Assembly: GCA_051294375.1 (NCBI GenBank) | Contig: CM119264.1 | Coordinates: 29,579,182-29,643,181, forward strand | Length of the DNA: 64,000 bases | DNA from: Paraspadella gotoi | Taxonomy: Eukaryota > Animalia > Chaetognatha | Reading direction: 5' to 3' | In this document: in pieces, positions 13,521-26,907 of the stretch | How the letters are laid out: every line of letters begins with the position of its first letter | Position numbering within the stretch: the first letter of the stretch is position 1 | The notes under the pieces: model-generated | Databases searched by the model: none | What the model was told of the DNA's origin: nothing | The model's input: the letters and a program-made list of their open reading frames with translations, nothing else | Program-made: the position numbers and the translations under genes

Positions 13521-14644
13521 AGCTTTGTTTGTTTTGGAAGATCCGTTTCTCGTCAGAGGAAATCTGCTGTGAAAAGTGAGAGATTCTTTTGAAATGTGAG
13601 AGTTTCTTGGTTCTGTGAAAAATCAAAATCTGTGAATCGCGAATCGAATCCAAAATCATCCAATTTTTTTCTCTCAATTTAAAGAAAATCGTCAAAAGTG
13701 AGAATCAGATTCCATGAGAGATGGAATCACCGACCTTTTCATAACGAGTCGATAAATAAAGGCGACGTTAGAGAAGATAAGCGGCGACCTTTTGAGGTCA
13801 GGAACTTCGACGCTGACGGTCGCGACACGCTCTGAAAGGTCGTGATACGAAAGAAGGCGTGACACGAAAAAAAGAAGTGTGACACGAAAAAAGGTGACGT
13901 TACAGTCGTGACATAAAAAGTAAAAGTGGGCGTGTCTGCCCTCCACCGCGTCACGGACGTCGATCGATTCTTCGTGAGGAGATAAGAAGATGCTCGTCCA
14001 CGGGGTTCACCTTCTCTACCCCCTCCCTCCNNNNNNNNNNNNNNNNNNNNNNNNNNNNNNNNNNNNNNNNNNNNNNNNNNNNNNNNNNNNNNNNNNNNNN
14101 NNNNNNNNNNNNNNNNNNNNNNNNNNNNNNNNNNNNNNNNNNNNNNNNNNNNNNNNNNNNNNNNNNNNNNNNNNNNNNNNNNNNNNNNNNNNNNNNNNNN
14201 NNNNNNNNNNNNNNNNNNNNNNNNNNNNNNNNNNNNNNNNNNNNNNNNNNNNNNNNNNNNNNNNNNNNNNNNNNNNNNNNNNNNNNNNNNNNNNNNNNNN
14301 NNNNNNNNNNNNNNNNNNNNNNNNNNNNNNNNNNNNNNNNNNNNNNNNNNNNNNNNNNNNNNNNNNNNNNNNNNNNNNNNNNNNNNNNNNNNNNNNNNNN
14401 NNNNNNNNNNNNNNNNTCATCCATCAATCATCAAGTCATATCAATCGCCATACCATCAAATCCCTTCTTTCCCATTCAGCCCTCTCCCTCCCTATTTGAG
14501 TATGCCCCTCCCGTCTGTTTATATAGAGGCCCATTCCATCGATTTAATGCACCAACCAACCACAACTCTCCCTCTCTCTCTCTTTTCTCTCTCTCCGTCT
14601 CGTCATCTCGTCTCTCTCTCTCTCCTCGTCTCATCTCTACTCTC

Positions 14645-14677
<33 letters not shown>

Positions 14678-14904
14678 AATGATTTTGATGTTGATGATTA
14701 TGATTATGATGATGATGATGATGTCGACAGCTGGTCCGTATCCCATCAAATCTAAGTTCTTAAATGTGAATAAACTAAAAAGTTATAAAATTCTTTCTTT
14801 CAATATTTTTATATAATTATATGAATTTGAATTTCTTTTCTTTTCTTTTTATTTTTAGACAATTACAATGTATTGTATTGCATAAGCACACTTTTTTTCC
14901 CTTT

Positions 14905-15140
14905 CTTTTCGACCAATCGTCGCTTTCCAATTCGTAAACAATAGTCTTTTTCTCAGCCAATCAGCGTTGAAGACTCAATTCGGTTCCGCTCTCTATTTCC
15001 TTCTCTCGATCGTTTCCGGTCTTTCGCATCAATGAATCATTTCCGGTGCTCAATACTCACGGGCTAACCCCCCCTAAATCAGCCCACCTCTCGACCCCCT
15101 TCTCCCGCCCCCCTTTTCCTCCCGCCCTCCTTGTGGGCGA
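14905..15140. promoter_or_regulatory. Possible promoter-like motif cluster
   Basis: CCAAT at ~14913, ~14927 and ~14957, TTTCCGGT (Ets-like) at ~15014 and ~15040, CCGCCC GC boxes at ~15105 and ~15122. No associated gene identified. Confidence 0.25.
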
Positions 15141-15638
15141 AAAAACGAAAAAAAAGCGACGGACAAAGAGATGAAATATGAAGCGCGATAGAAAGAAAAT
15201 ATTATAGTATTGGATTGAGAGAGAGAGAGAGAGAGAGAGAGAGCATGAGAGAGAGAGAGAGAGGAGAGAGAAGAGAGAGGAGAGAGAGAAAGAGAGACAC
15301 GATGGAATGAAGAGAAAAATTAATGGAAAAAAAATGAAATAAAACTGAAAATGAGGAAAAGATGAAGAGAGAAAATGAAGACTAATGAAATGAAATGAAA
15401 ATGAATAAAATGAAGAATAATGAAATATGTTGAGAAGGAAGAAAAATGAAGGAGAGAAAATTGATGAGATGTAACTAGTTTAATTTGAGTAATAATTATA
15501 ATTATAATAGAGTATTGCTTGGGTTATTTTTTTTTAGTTAATATTTTTGTAGTTATGAGTTTTCTAACACCTATAATTTTACGACCATTATATTCAAGAC
15601 TGAAAATAAAAAGGCTGTGAAATTATTCACGACGCTGG

Positions 15639-15941
15639 TTTTTAGTTGCGCCTCGAGTTTTTGCGGAGCGACGCTTAAAGTAACTTTTAGGTCTATCGGT
15701 TGGTCGGTCTGTCCGTCCCACTTACATTTCAAATGCTCATAACTAAGGAAATACTATAACTTTTTGACTAATTTTTGGTAGTAAGTCGATGCAGCATGTG
15801 ATAGCATGTTGCTAGAAAACTCATAACTACAATTGTGCAATGTGCATGTTTCTTACTTTTGTAGTCACATTGTCATCGGTTAATGCGCCAAAGAAAAAAA
15901 TCCCATACGGCGCAACTCCTTGAAATTTTCCCGCTCTTGTT
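15639..15941 (+). mobile_element. DINE-1/HINE-like element, family B
   Basis: T-run + AGTTGCGCC (15644-15652) and inverted GGCGCAACT (15909-15917), a GTCGGTCTGTCCGTC microsatellite-like block, and a CTTGTT end like family A. Confidence 0.55.
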
Positions 15942-18575
15942 CTCTCAAGAAAAGAAAATGGCGGCGCCCATAAAATATTTTTAAGCCTCGTTAATTTGAC
16001 GTCGAGTGGAAACGACGTCGGACGAAAACGTAAAATCTGAAATCTGAAAAGCGGCGACGTCACTGAACGTTATAATATATGCTTGGTTCTTGCTTGTAAC
16101 CCAGAAAGCTTTTCTGAAAAGTCAATTAGTTTTAATGCTTCTTATTTTATTATTACTTTGGAATAACTTCAGTAATTGTATAATTATACATTTAAAACTG
16201 TTAAACTGTGAATAGTAAAGAACTTTCTGTGAACCTATCTCAGGTCAAACCAGGAAGTTCTTCCCTCAGACGCCCACCAGTGAAACCCCGTGATTTCCAG
16301 TGTTAAAAAGAAAGCGACTCTCTCTCTCTCTCTCCTTCTCTCTCTCTCTCTCATCTCTTCTCTCTCCGATCTTCTCCTCTTCCTTTCCAGAACCCAGTCA
16401 CCTTCCAACATCCGATTTTCTTTCCTTCTTTCTTCGCTCCTCTCTTCTCTCTAAACTCTCTCTCTGCTCTCTCTCTTGTCGTCTTTATTACTAACTCTGT
16501 TAATAATTGACGATCTATTTAGCCTAATATATTTAAAAGGGATTTGAGTATTCATTATGATTAATTATTAAAATAACGTGAACAAACGAAAATAAACAGG
16601 GAGCCGAATTACATAATTGTTACGCGGCCAAAATCACGAGCTGAGAAATTACAAGCGATCGAGAACTAAAAGCGTTTTGTTTACAATTCAGCAAAGGCCA
16701 ATACTTTTGTAATAAAGAACGAGGGCCGAAACAGAAAACAAACAACTCTTTAATATTTCTCGTACACCGCCCTCCTAAATATAATTAATCATTAAGTAGA
16801 TATTTATTCAATTATTCAAAAGAGTTAAAAGTTGAGGGCCGAAAAACAAAAGTAATCTCAATAACAGAATTCCAGGTACATAATACAGTTACACAGTAAT
16901 ACACGATAGCAATAGCAATAGCAGATCTGCCAAAATTAGGCCGGGCATTTCAAAATAAACAATAAAGATGGTATTCAATGTCACAATAGTTAAGAAATCG
17001 AATTAAAGGAATTTGTTTACACATCTCCCTAACAACTCGACCTAGCTCGGGCTCTGAATTCAATCGGTCATTGGCTAACTATTAGCGAAACGAAAGGATA
17101 TTCGTTCAAAATCGAACTTCACCAAATCGAATAAAGATACTCCGCCAAACTTCGAAACTCCAAATGGTAAACAAAGAAATTAAATTTATTTCTCGCTTTC
17201 GAACAGACGACAATTAGATATAACTTAAGAATTTTTCATATTTTTCTTCTAATAACTTTAAAGGAAACATAAAAACAAAATGATTTCATTTTATCATCTT
17301 TGCCACTATCGCTGCTTCCGCATCGCCACAGAAACCGCTGACTCATCGGGGAAGCTGAAGCTGCTGTGCAGTCATTCCGCAATTCTCGAATTCGGAACCT
17401 GTGCAGCAGTGAGGCGACCTCAATGGCGGACGGCGGTCTTTTTTACCGCCTTCGACCGCTGTGCTCCGAATTCGGTCTCGAGTCGGCGAGGCGGTCAAGT
17501 GTTCCACGGCCTTGGGATTCGTCGTAGAAGAAACTTTTTGTTTCTATGGGAGCGCTGTAGGCGTGTATACTTTCAGTTGTTTTTGGTTTTACTGTTCCGA
17601 GTGAGATGTTCCCTGGGTGGAAGCTTCACCCTGGCGTTTGGCTTCGTTCCATTGCCGTTGGTTGCAACGCCAGGTGTGTTTGGAACATACACCGGGGCTC
17701 TGTAGCCTGGAGACGATACGAAGATGCGCCCCGTAAAAGTTAGTCTATGTTTAAAAAAATTTTTTTTATAACGTTTTCTCTACCAAGCTTAAAGCGTGTT
17801 AATGAAAATATTACTATTCTGTTTTTATTAGTTTACTTAATTGATTTTTATTATTTATTTTAGGGCCACCCGGCCATTTAGAATTGCTCACCAAACTGGG
17901 TTTGGACAGCTGGTCATCCGCTGTTTGATCGAAGTGATCGGCCTGATGGCAGTCTGGGAACGTTGTCAACCCGATCAACGTATGGGTTCTTTCATAGGTC
18001 ACGATGCGTCACTAATCGATTCGTGCTCGCACTACTGGCATCCGTGGTAGTTCTCAAGTTTCCAACATGTGTGTGTGAAGTAAACAATTGATTAATTTGA
18101 ATGAGTAAAAATCTCACAAAAGTATAATATAAAAACAATTGGTTTAATATTGTTTTATATTTAATTAGGAAATAGTATAAGGTTGATTAATTATATTGTT
18201 TATTATCAATTTCAGTTTGAGACGGCAATTCATCCTTTGCGTTTCATACTGTTTGCCTGCTTTGCGACAGAGGCGTTTCTTCCTCCGTTAATCAAAACTC
18301 AAGCCATCGCTCTATCCGAAGGCAACAAATCGGGATTCGGTCATCGGAAAATTTCCGTTAAAGGAAACAATGTTAAACAAAAGGCAATCGAACATGATTT
18401 GAATTTTGAATCCAGGATTTATTGTAAAATTAAATCTCGAAAAGTTCTATTGTTTATTTAGTTTGATAATGAAATTTTATTTAAAATCTGTATACATATA
18501 CATATACACACCCTCTAAAGAAATTTCAGATAAAATGATTATTTAGCAAGNNNNNNNNNNNNNNNNNNNNNNNNN

Positions 18576-18613
<38 letters not shown>

Positions 18614-18724
18614 AACGTTGCTTAATTCACGTAATCAAGTAATTTATAGAATCGTCTTCGTCTTCTTATTTCTTCTCTTCCTCACTTTTTTTTCCTGCCT
18701 TCGATTGTGCAATTCACTACGATC

Positions 18725-19065
18725 AGAGTTCAAAGGATAATATCGTTCGAATTGTCTGCGATGCCTTCTTATAGTACATTACACTATTGGGAGAGTTCAA
18801 AGGATAACAACATTTGAATCATCTGCAAAGCCTTTAAATTTCGCATTTCATTACAGATAGAGTTCAAAATATAACAGCATTTGAATCATTCTGATCTGTT
18901 TAAATTGCGTTTATATTTATATAATAACAACATGAGATTCAATTTAAGAGAATTTCACTCGGCGTTTGAATCATGTGCTTTGCCATTTAATTGGGCATTT
19001 CACTACGGTTGGAGTTCAAAGGATAACGGGCGTTGGAATCGTCGGCGATGCCATTTAATCTTTTC
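18725..19065. repeat. Degenerate ~65-75 bp tandem repeat (GAGTTCAAAGGATAA...TTGAATC core)
   Basis: Core recurs at ~18726, 18793, 18860 and 19012, with a decayed copy near 18935. Confidence 0.7.
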
Positions 19066-19467
19066 CCAACGTTCGTGACTTTGGGAGGGAAAAGGCCCGA
19101 GGGGTACAGCGGAAGTTCCAAACGAGATACATCGTTAGGCGGAGGAAAATACAGGGGTGGGGAGGGGGGCCCGAAAGAAAATGGCCAGGGACGCCCGCGA
19201 CGTGGGAGTGACTGGTGAAAGGAAATTTGCATTCGAAAGGATAGGCACGCGTTTCCAACTCTGATGGGACGAAGGGGAAGAGAGAGAGAAAAAAATCCAT
19301 GAATACCAAAAGGCCGGACGCGCGTGAGAGCAACGTGGAATGACATATGAACGGTTCATGTTGATATTCAATTATTCATGTCATGTAACGGCGGGCAATG
19401 GTTTTTTTTGTTTTTATTCAGTTATGTATCTGTTTTAATTTTTGTGTGTTCTCTTCTCTCTCTTCTT

Positions 19468-19503
<36 letters not shown>

Positions 19504-19843
19504 ATATTCACATTTTCTTCACCTCTTCTGTCTTTCTATGTTTTTCTTTTTGCCTTCTTCTTTCAATAATTCTTTCTTCGCGCTTCCTCCTCTTACTCTT
19601 TACTCTCGTCACTCCTCCTCCTCCTCCTCCTCCTCCGGAAAGGCCACACGCTGTGACGTCATCTTTGTTTGTGACGTCAATTGTGAACGAATCCCGATGC
19701 TCACCGGTATTCATGGTGCAATCTGCTGACAACTGGTATTCCTCTTGTTCTCGATTGGGAAATCTAAAAAGTTTCATTCCTTTTAATTTTCATGAATATT
19801 TTCCAAACAAGTGTAAAAACACAAGATATAGGATGAGCTATAA

Positions 19844-20281
19844 TAGGGCTGCGCATCGTTCGAATCGAAGTTCCGATCNNNNNNNNNNNNNNNNNNNNNN
19901 NNNNNNNNNNNNNNNNNNNNNNNNNNNNNNNNNNNNNNNNNNNNNNNNNNNNNNNNNNNNNNNNNNNNNNNNNNNNNNATGAATTGGGCACCAATCGATA
20001 GGAAAATTTAAAATAGTATCTACATGCAAAATTTCATCAAAATCTGATAATCCGTTCAAAAGTTATGGCAATAAAACTGTCGCGAAAATCGCGCTTCAAA
20101 CCGATCAACTTTCGCTTAAAATTTAACTCATTTTGATCCAACAAGGATTTGTACTACGCGTAGTTCTAAGCTTTAGATCGGCGATTCGGATTAGGCGCGA
20201 TCCGGCCTCATAAGAAATAATTAAATAATCGAAACCAGGATATGAAAAATACTTAATGGTTTAGAAACGATGCACATCCCC
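19844..20281. mobile_element. hAT-type MITE with 8-bp TSD
   Basis: TIRs TAGGGCTGCGCATCGTT / AACGATGCACATCCC; flanked by AGCTATAA at 19836-19843 and 20282-20289. Contains an N gap. Confidence 0.75.
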
Positions 20282-21073
20282 AGCTATAAGCAATTATAAC
20301 TATTAATTAATAAATTGACAAATTATTTTTTAAAAATATAAAAAAATTTTCGAGTCGATATAGCGCGAGACCAAGAATATTCTAACTCAATGCCCAATTT
20401 CCCATTACCAATGAATAAACACTACTACCTAGAAGTATTACTTATTATCTAATGTAGCTTGCAGTTTAAAGCAACATTTGAATGTAGCTTGCAGTTTAAA
20501 GCAACATTTTACCTTTTACAGAAAGATTTATGTTAATATACATGCATTTATACATGTGAAAGCCACACGGTACTGTTTATCTTGGTACACATTGTCGCGA
20601 CACTTAATACGAAGAAAAAGCAAAAGAGATAATACACAATACAATTAAAAAAGGACAGTCATATAGAAGATAAATTAGCACTTGGGCGCTTGTTCCGTTG
20701 TTGACTGTACGTCTCATGTATCGCGTCCGACCTTGAGCGTACAGAAATCGTGGTTTCTCTCCGTACAGAGAATTTCGCTTATCCGTGCATCGATCGGTTA
20801 TTATTTTGTTTAACCCACTCGGCCAAAATGGCTCGCAAAACTGAAAAGAAAAATACTAATCAAAATAAAATAAAAACACTGCTGTATATTAATCAAAACG
20901 TTTATTCTAATCCTCGTTTAAGAGATCGGCGTGGTACATTTTTTAAAATAGTTATTATTATAAAATACTAAGTTTAAAACGAAGTTTCGTGACCGGTTTT
21001 CCTACTTAATGTTTAATTCTAACACACGTACGTATGTTAAATATACGTACGAACATGTAACATAACTTCTTAC

Positions 21074-22563
21074 TCATAAAGTAAATAGCGAGAAAGGCGA
21101 GAGAGACGAAGAGCGTAACAATTACTGCGGCGATAGAGAGCTTGCGAGCGATAATGCCTTAAACATAAAGTATAAATGTTTATGACTTATATAATTTAAA
21201 AAATTAAAAGCTTACTAACTGCCCATAATTATGAAAGGACGGCATTTCAAGAGTAAAGAAATTACTATGAGGCTAAGAGGAAATTAGCCGAAAAGATTTC
21301 GCTCATGATGTAAAACTTTTAATTTAATCTACCAATGTGGGGGCATTCCACACCGGCAGAGGGGCATGGAGAACTCCTCATTTCTCGATCACTTCAAAAG
21401 TCTTTCGCCTACCAACCCAAAGGTCCGGGGTTCTAGCCCCGTGGCCGATTAGCAGTTAATAGGGACGGGGCGATCAACCCTCGTGTAACACGGTGTTACA
21501 GCCTGATCCGAAGTTCAGGGACTTTTTTTATTGAACGATTCTCTCACTAACTCATAACAATTTTTTCTGTCTCTTCCGTTTACTAAATTCCTAAATTATA
21601 TCTAGCTTTTTATTTATTCCTTCAACCGTTTGTTAGATTTAACATTCAACTTTTTTTTATTTAACATTAAACCTTTTTGTTTTGCTTCTTCCATCTGGTT
21701 GACGTTGGCCGCCTCTCGAGATTTCCACGAAAATATCAGAGCCACGCATCCTGTTGACGAAAATATATCATTGATTTATTATTATTCATAATATATCATT
21801 AATTAAATAAAGAAATGCAATCGTGAGAGAGTTACCCAAGTAGAATACGTTGCAACAGAGGCAGGTAATGACGGAAAAAACCATATTGTCATCTGGTCTT
21901 TCCAGAGGCTCTTGCTGCACAATAATCGTTTGCGGTTGTTGAAAGTAAACCACATCTGAAGACAAGTCAATTTGTTTACATAAATTTATAAAAATATAAA
22001 TATACAAAACAGTAAATTTACAAAAATATCAATAAATTTACTAATGATAAATTTACTACTGCATATTTTATGTAAATTTCCTATGAATTTGTGAAACTAT
22101 AAGTTTATAGTATGTAGTGACGTAATATCACTACCTATGCCCTGAGCCATGATATTGCATTGTGACTAACGCTTTATCTTCCTACCCAATAGTCTAAGGT
22201 TCTATCCCTGGTCACAACGGGTCCTGCAAAATAGTGACTGGGCCGTTAAAACCATTTTCAGCCATTATACTCCAGGATCCGAACTTTCACAAAACAAGGC
22301 ATTGGGGCATGGCTTTGGCTAAGGCATGGCTAAGGCATGGCGATCCCCTCTAGCATCAGTCACTTCAAGTTTGCATTTCATTAATTAAAGTATCTTTAAG
22401 TTTAATCAAATTATAAACAATTTAAAAATAATAAAAATATGATTTAACCGGCACCTGGATTGGAAACAGGCGGAAAGAGAATCGGTTGTGGTTGAGATCC
22501 GCAACTTTGATCGTAATCAGGTGGAGAGACGGAGCTCGTGCTTGGGACCTCGGGTTTGTCCAT
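21074..22563 (-). CDS. CD225/dispanin (IFITM/PRRT1-like) membrane protein, paralogue 1; exons 22563-22455, 21955-21836, 21750-21673, 21157-21074; terminal exon uncertain (candidate 20881-20856)
   Basis: GT-AG phase-1 introns join to MDKPEVPSTSSVSPPDYDQSCGSQPQPILFPPVSNPDVVYFQQPQTIIVQQEPLERPDDNMVFSVITCLCCNVFYLGCVALIFSWKSREAANVNQMEEAKQKGIIARKLSIAAVIVTLFVSLAFLAIYFM. This has the CD225 pattern (hydrophobic helix, CC, LG-x-x-AL, S-x-x-S-R loop, C-terminal TM helix). Confidence 0.9.
21385..21527 (+). mobile_element. tRNA-derived SINE, in intron 3 of CD225 paralogue 1
   Basis: B-box-like GGTTCTAGCC and a 3' tail TGTTACAGCCTGATCCGAAGTTCAGGGAC; similar to the reverse complement of 39165-39316. Confidence 0.7.
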
Positions 22564-22861
22564 GACTATTGTACTTTTAATAAATATTGGTTTGGTTTAT
22601 GTTATAATTAGGAAGATATACTATAGAAAGAGGAAAAGAAGTTGTTGAAAAAAGAGTGAAAGATATTAAAATTATATTTATTATAATTTCATTTAAAAAC
22701 TTTTCAGAGGAGATTGAACATTTTTATTTTACTAGCTTTGTTAAAATTGTAATCAAACAGTAAAAGTCGAACTTAATTGTTTAATGTTAGTTCATTTAAT
22801 AATTTTGGCCCCAAAAAATGACGTTCCGCCGTAAGAATATTCCGGGACCACGCCTAGATAT

Positions 22862-22895
<34 letters not shown>

Positions 22896-23153
22896 TGCTC
22901 TGCAACTTGAGTAAGCGAAGCACGGCGCTCTCTTCTTGATCCGTCGGAGATTTCATCTGATCGCAATAACAACAACGACGACAACAACAACGATCACGAC
23001 AACAACGACAACCATAACAACAACGTGGAATTATAGACTTTGAACTTTTTGTCGTCGACTTTGAGAGAAAATATTAAAAAAATTATTTTCCTCTTCTTTT
23101 TTGCTGGAACTACATTGACGCCCATTCAGCTGCAAATACTGTACATTATACAT

Positions 23154-23733
23154 TAAAGCGTAGTAAAAATTCTAAATTTAACTTTAATTAAAATTCTAAA
23201 AGTGAGGAACGAATAACATTATACTAATGAACAATTATGTATAAAAAATTTTATAATAAATTTTACACTTTACGCAATAGGCCATATTTATACTAGTACT
23301 AATCCAATAAATTTTAAAATTTAAAAATAGTTTTTTGTAAGATTTTTTTGCAGATGTTGATTCGTCATGAAAATTTTATATAAAGAAATATAACTCTTTT
23401 TTAAAAATTCTTTCTTTAAGTTGATCAGATTTAAAAAATCCTATATTTTAAGCTGAAAATTAAAATTTTATGTATTAAATATAGTTTTTTTATATATAAC
23501 CCACATAATGAAAGAATTTTTAAAAATGATTCTTTTATCAACTTTTGACAAGGAATTCACATCTGCAATCAAAATTAAGAAAAGCCTATTTTGAATTTTT
23601 TTTGATTTTATAAGGATAGCCTACTGCGAAAATTGAAGAATATAAATTTTTTTTTACAACTTAATTATCACTTATGGTATGTTGTTCATAATTTACATTT
23701 AGAATTTTTGTATGTAACTTTCACTACGCTCTA
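23154..23733 (+). mobile_element. MITE (~580 bp), copy 1
   Basis: Termini TAAAGCGTAGTAAAA / TTTCACTACGCTCTA; inverted homologue at 24246-24801. TSD is not clean. Confidence 0.75.
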
Positions 23734-23760
23734 CTGTATATACTGTACAAGCCCCAGAGG

Positions 23761-25109
23761 TTTTTAGCTTTCAGCAGATCCCGACTCCATAATTCACTTT
23801 GTCGGTCCGTCGGTCCGCCCCCTCAATCTTGTCGGGCATTCACTTATATCATGTCAGAACTTCGAATTATGATAAATTATGCAAAAAAAACGATGTCCGT
23901 CCATTCGTCCGTCTGTCCGTCCATCCCACCTTATCCAAAAACACCAATTACTCGTGATTGGAAGGATGGATTGGAATGAAATTTTGTGTGTGGGTGTGAT
24001 TGAGCTGGATATGAAGTTTTGATTAAATCGTCCGAGTGGAAATGAGTTTAAATGGAAAAAACAAAAAAATTTATTTTACTATTTGAACACTAATTACTCA
24101 TGAATGGATAGGGCGATTGACTTGAAATTTTGTATTTGTGTAGAAAAGTGTGTGATTAAGCTGGAAATCAAGTTTGGATGGAATCGTTTGTGTGGAAATG
24201 AGTTTAAATGGAAAAAACAAAGAACCTGTTTCACTAATTGATTATTAGAGCGTAGTGAAAGTTACGTACGGAAATTCTAAAAGTCAATTATAAACAACAT
24301 ACCATCAGTGAACATTAATTTGTAAAAAAAATAATTTTATGTTTTTTAATTTTTGCAGTCGGCTATATTTATATATAGTACTATCCTTTAAAATAAAAAA
24401 ATTTCAAAATAGGCTTTTCTTAATTTTGATTGTGATAAAAGAAATTAAAAATCATTTTTAAAATTTTTTTCATTAAGTGGGTTAAAAATTAAAAAAAACT
24501 ATATTTAATATATAAAAAGTTAATTTTCAGCTTAAAATATAGCTTTTTCTCATTTTTGACTTACTTAATGAAGGAATTTTTCAAAAAGAGTTATATTTCT
24601 TTTGTTAACTTTTTATGACGAATCCAAATCTGCAAAAAAATGTTTTGAAATTTTAATATTTATTGGATTTGTACTAGTATTAATATGGCTTACTGCGTAA
24701 ATTGTAAAATTTATTATAATTTTTTTTATTATATAAATGTTTTCGTTTCTCACTTTTAGAATTTTAATTAAAGTTAAATTTAGAAATTTTACTACGCCTT
24801 ATTGATTATGCATCTTTTTCTTTTTATTTTAAATGTAAATGCAAGATGTATTAATTAATCAAATAATTAATCAGTTAATTAATCAATTAGACAATTAATT
24901 AATCAATAATTAATTAGTCAATTAAACAATCAAAACAAACATTTCGGATCAAATTAATTAATTGCCTAATTAATTAAATAATTAACTTGAATAAATGAAT
25001 TATTAATGAATGAAATAATTAATTAACTTGAATTAATAATTAATTAATTAATTAATTAATTGCCGATAATGATCGTGGGCAGATCCGACATTGTTTGCTC
25101 CAACTTGTT
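23761..25109 (+). mobile_element. Family A HINE-like element interrupted by a MITE
   Basis: Aligns by eye to 1561-2240; ends GGGCAGATCCGACATTGTTTGCTCCAACTTGTT. Confidence 0.75.
24246..24801 (-). mobile_element. MITE copy 2, hAT-like, 8-bp TSD TTGATTAT
   Basis: TAGAGCGTAGT...ACTACGCCTTA flanked by TTGATTAT at 24238-24245 and 24802-24809. The empty site CTAATTGATTATGC is visible in the 2101 copy. Confidence 0.85.
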
Positions 25110-26746
25110 TAATACAACAAATTCAACTCAACCAGCGGAAACTAGCGCCATAGGCGCATACAAATAGTATTAAATCTTAAAAGTAATAGGATCGAGCCTA
25201 ACAGCCTTATAAAGCGTAGTAGCAAAATAGCGTGTGCGGTTGATAAGAAAAATAGAAATAAATACCGACGCAATAAATTTTATCCGCGGTTCATCAAACT
25301 GCTTTGAGTTTTAAACAATATTTTTTAGCATAAATTATTTGCTTTATCATACTCCAAAGATTAAGTACACATTTCCAAAAAGAAAGACTTATTTCTATTA
25401 GACGGCTTCTAACCGCACTTACGTTTATTAGTTCAAGAAAAGTATTCGTTTATTTTAAAACACTACAATATGCAAATAAGATTAAAAGCTAGGGCATGAA
25501 AAACTAAAGCGAGATGTCCGTGTTCCTTAAAGACCGTGTCAGAGCCAAACCGTATTCTGAAGCACCGTCACCGAGTCGCTGTCTTCAATGCGCCGAAGGT
25601 GCGCCTGCAGCTTTGGCGGCGCCGTAGGGTACGCTGCTTCAAGGGCCCCATCATCAAACGAGGAAAGGGCCGTAATAATTTTTATCATCATGATCCATTT
25701 AAAAATTTTGAGCGCCATCTATCATCGGTTAACTTTATGTTAAATATATTGGGTTAAATATATTTAAAGTAAATATTAAAATTAAATTCTGGGATGAACG
25801 AACAGAGACGGAAAACCTTATTTAACCTTTATTAAACTAAATAACTCAAAACAGTGAGAGCAATGAAAATAACTTCTAATAAAAGAATACTTAGTTTCCG
25901 TTCGGCTGATTGACGAGAGTCTTCTGCTGACTGCTGATTACCAACGTTCTAGCACCGGATACGCCCTTAATTTTGATCTTTGATGTTTTATTGTAAATTT
26001 AAAGTTACAATACTAGAATGAATTTTTCTGGAAAACTAAGTCCTTTCTAAATCTTGTTAAAAGAATCTTTAAAAATTATAAGAAAATGGATGTAAAAAGA
26101 AACGAGGAATAATCTAAAATGCTACAATATGCAAATGAGTTTGAAGAACTTAATTATATTTAAATTAACCACCAGTTATTCTGGTACATTTGATTATTAT
26201 TTAAATTTAGTTTTTACAACTAGTTCTTGTTTGTCAAAACTTACAAACGAACCTCCAAAAAAAAATAAAAATAAAAACTTGGTTTTTATTCTGATTCAAA
26301 ATTGCCAAGTAAATTTGCGGACAATATATAGAAAGAAAGCAAATTCGTTAAAATACCACTTGTGAAGAAATTTTTAAAGATATTTACAAACTTACTAAGC
26401 CATCTAGAATAATTTTTTTTTTCAAAAATCTAAAGATTTGAGACACACAACACATGAAACAAGTTGAAAAACATATAAACAAAATAAAAAACATTTTTTG
26501 ACTTTAAAATTGTGATTATCTTTGTCTGAATTTTGACGCCAGAATCCAATGGAACCATTGCAGGTGGTCGTCGCCTGACAAGAAAGGTTCCAGAGTTTAG
26601 ATACACCGAAGGAGTTGTCTGTTGATTCAGTCTATCCTGACTGATTCCAGTTGTTTTGAAAATCGTCAAAAATTGACTGTCGATTTCTTCTCATTTCGCC
26701 GATTACTGCTCCGAGAACTGAAAATGGGGGGGAGAGGGGGGTTAGT

Positions 26747-26802
<56 letters not shown>

Positions 26803-26907
26803 AAAAAAAAGATATTGATTTTGGTTTTAGAAGGTGAAATCAGACGTGAATTAAACATTAAACAAGTGAATTGTTAAACTCATCATTGAATTAAACATTA
26901 AACTCAC

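Noticed and set aside
11046-14499. ORFs spanning N runs, plus poly-ER and poly-SL ORFs throughout the window
   Set aside because: Produced by assembly gaps and (AG)n/(CT)n microsatellites.
16618-18400. Possible LTR (TGTTA...TAACA at 16618-17034) with a decayed internal region
   Set aside because: No TSD, no second LTR, and no recognisable gag/RT/integrase motifs in the adjacent frames.
20451-20510. 30-bp direct tandem duplication
   Set aside because: Ordinary slippage duplication with no further structure.
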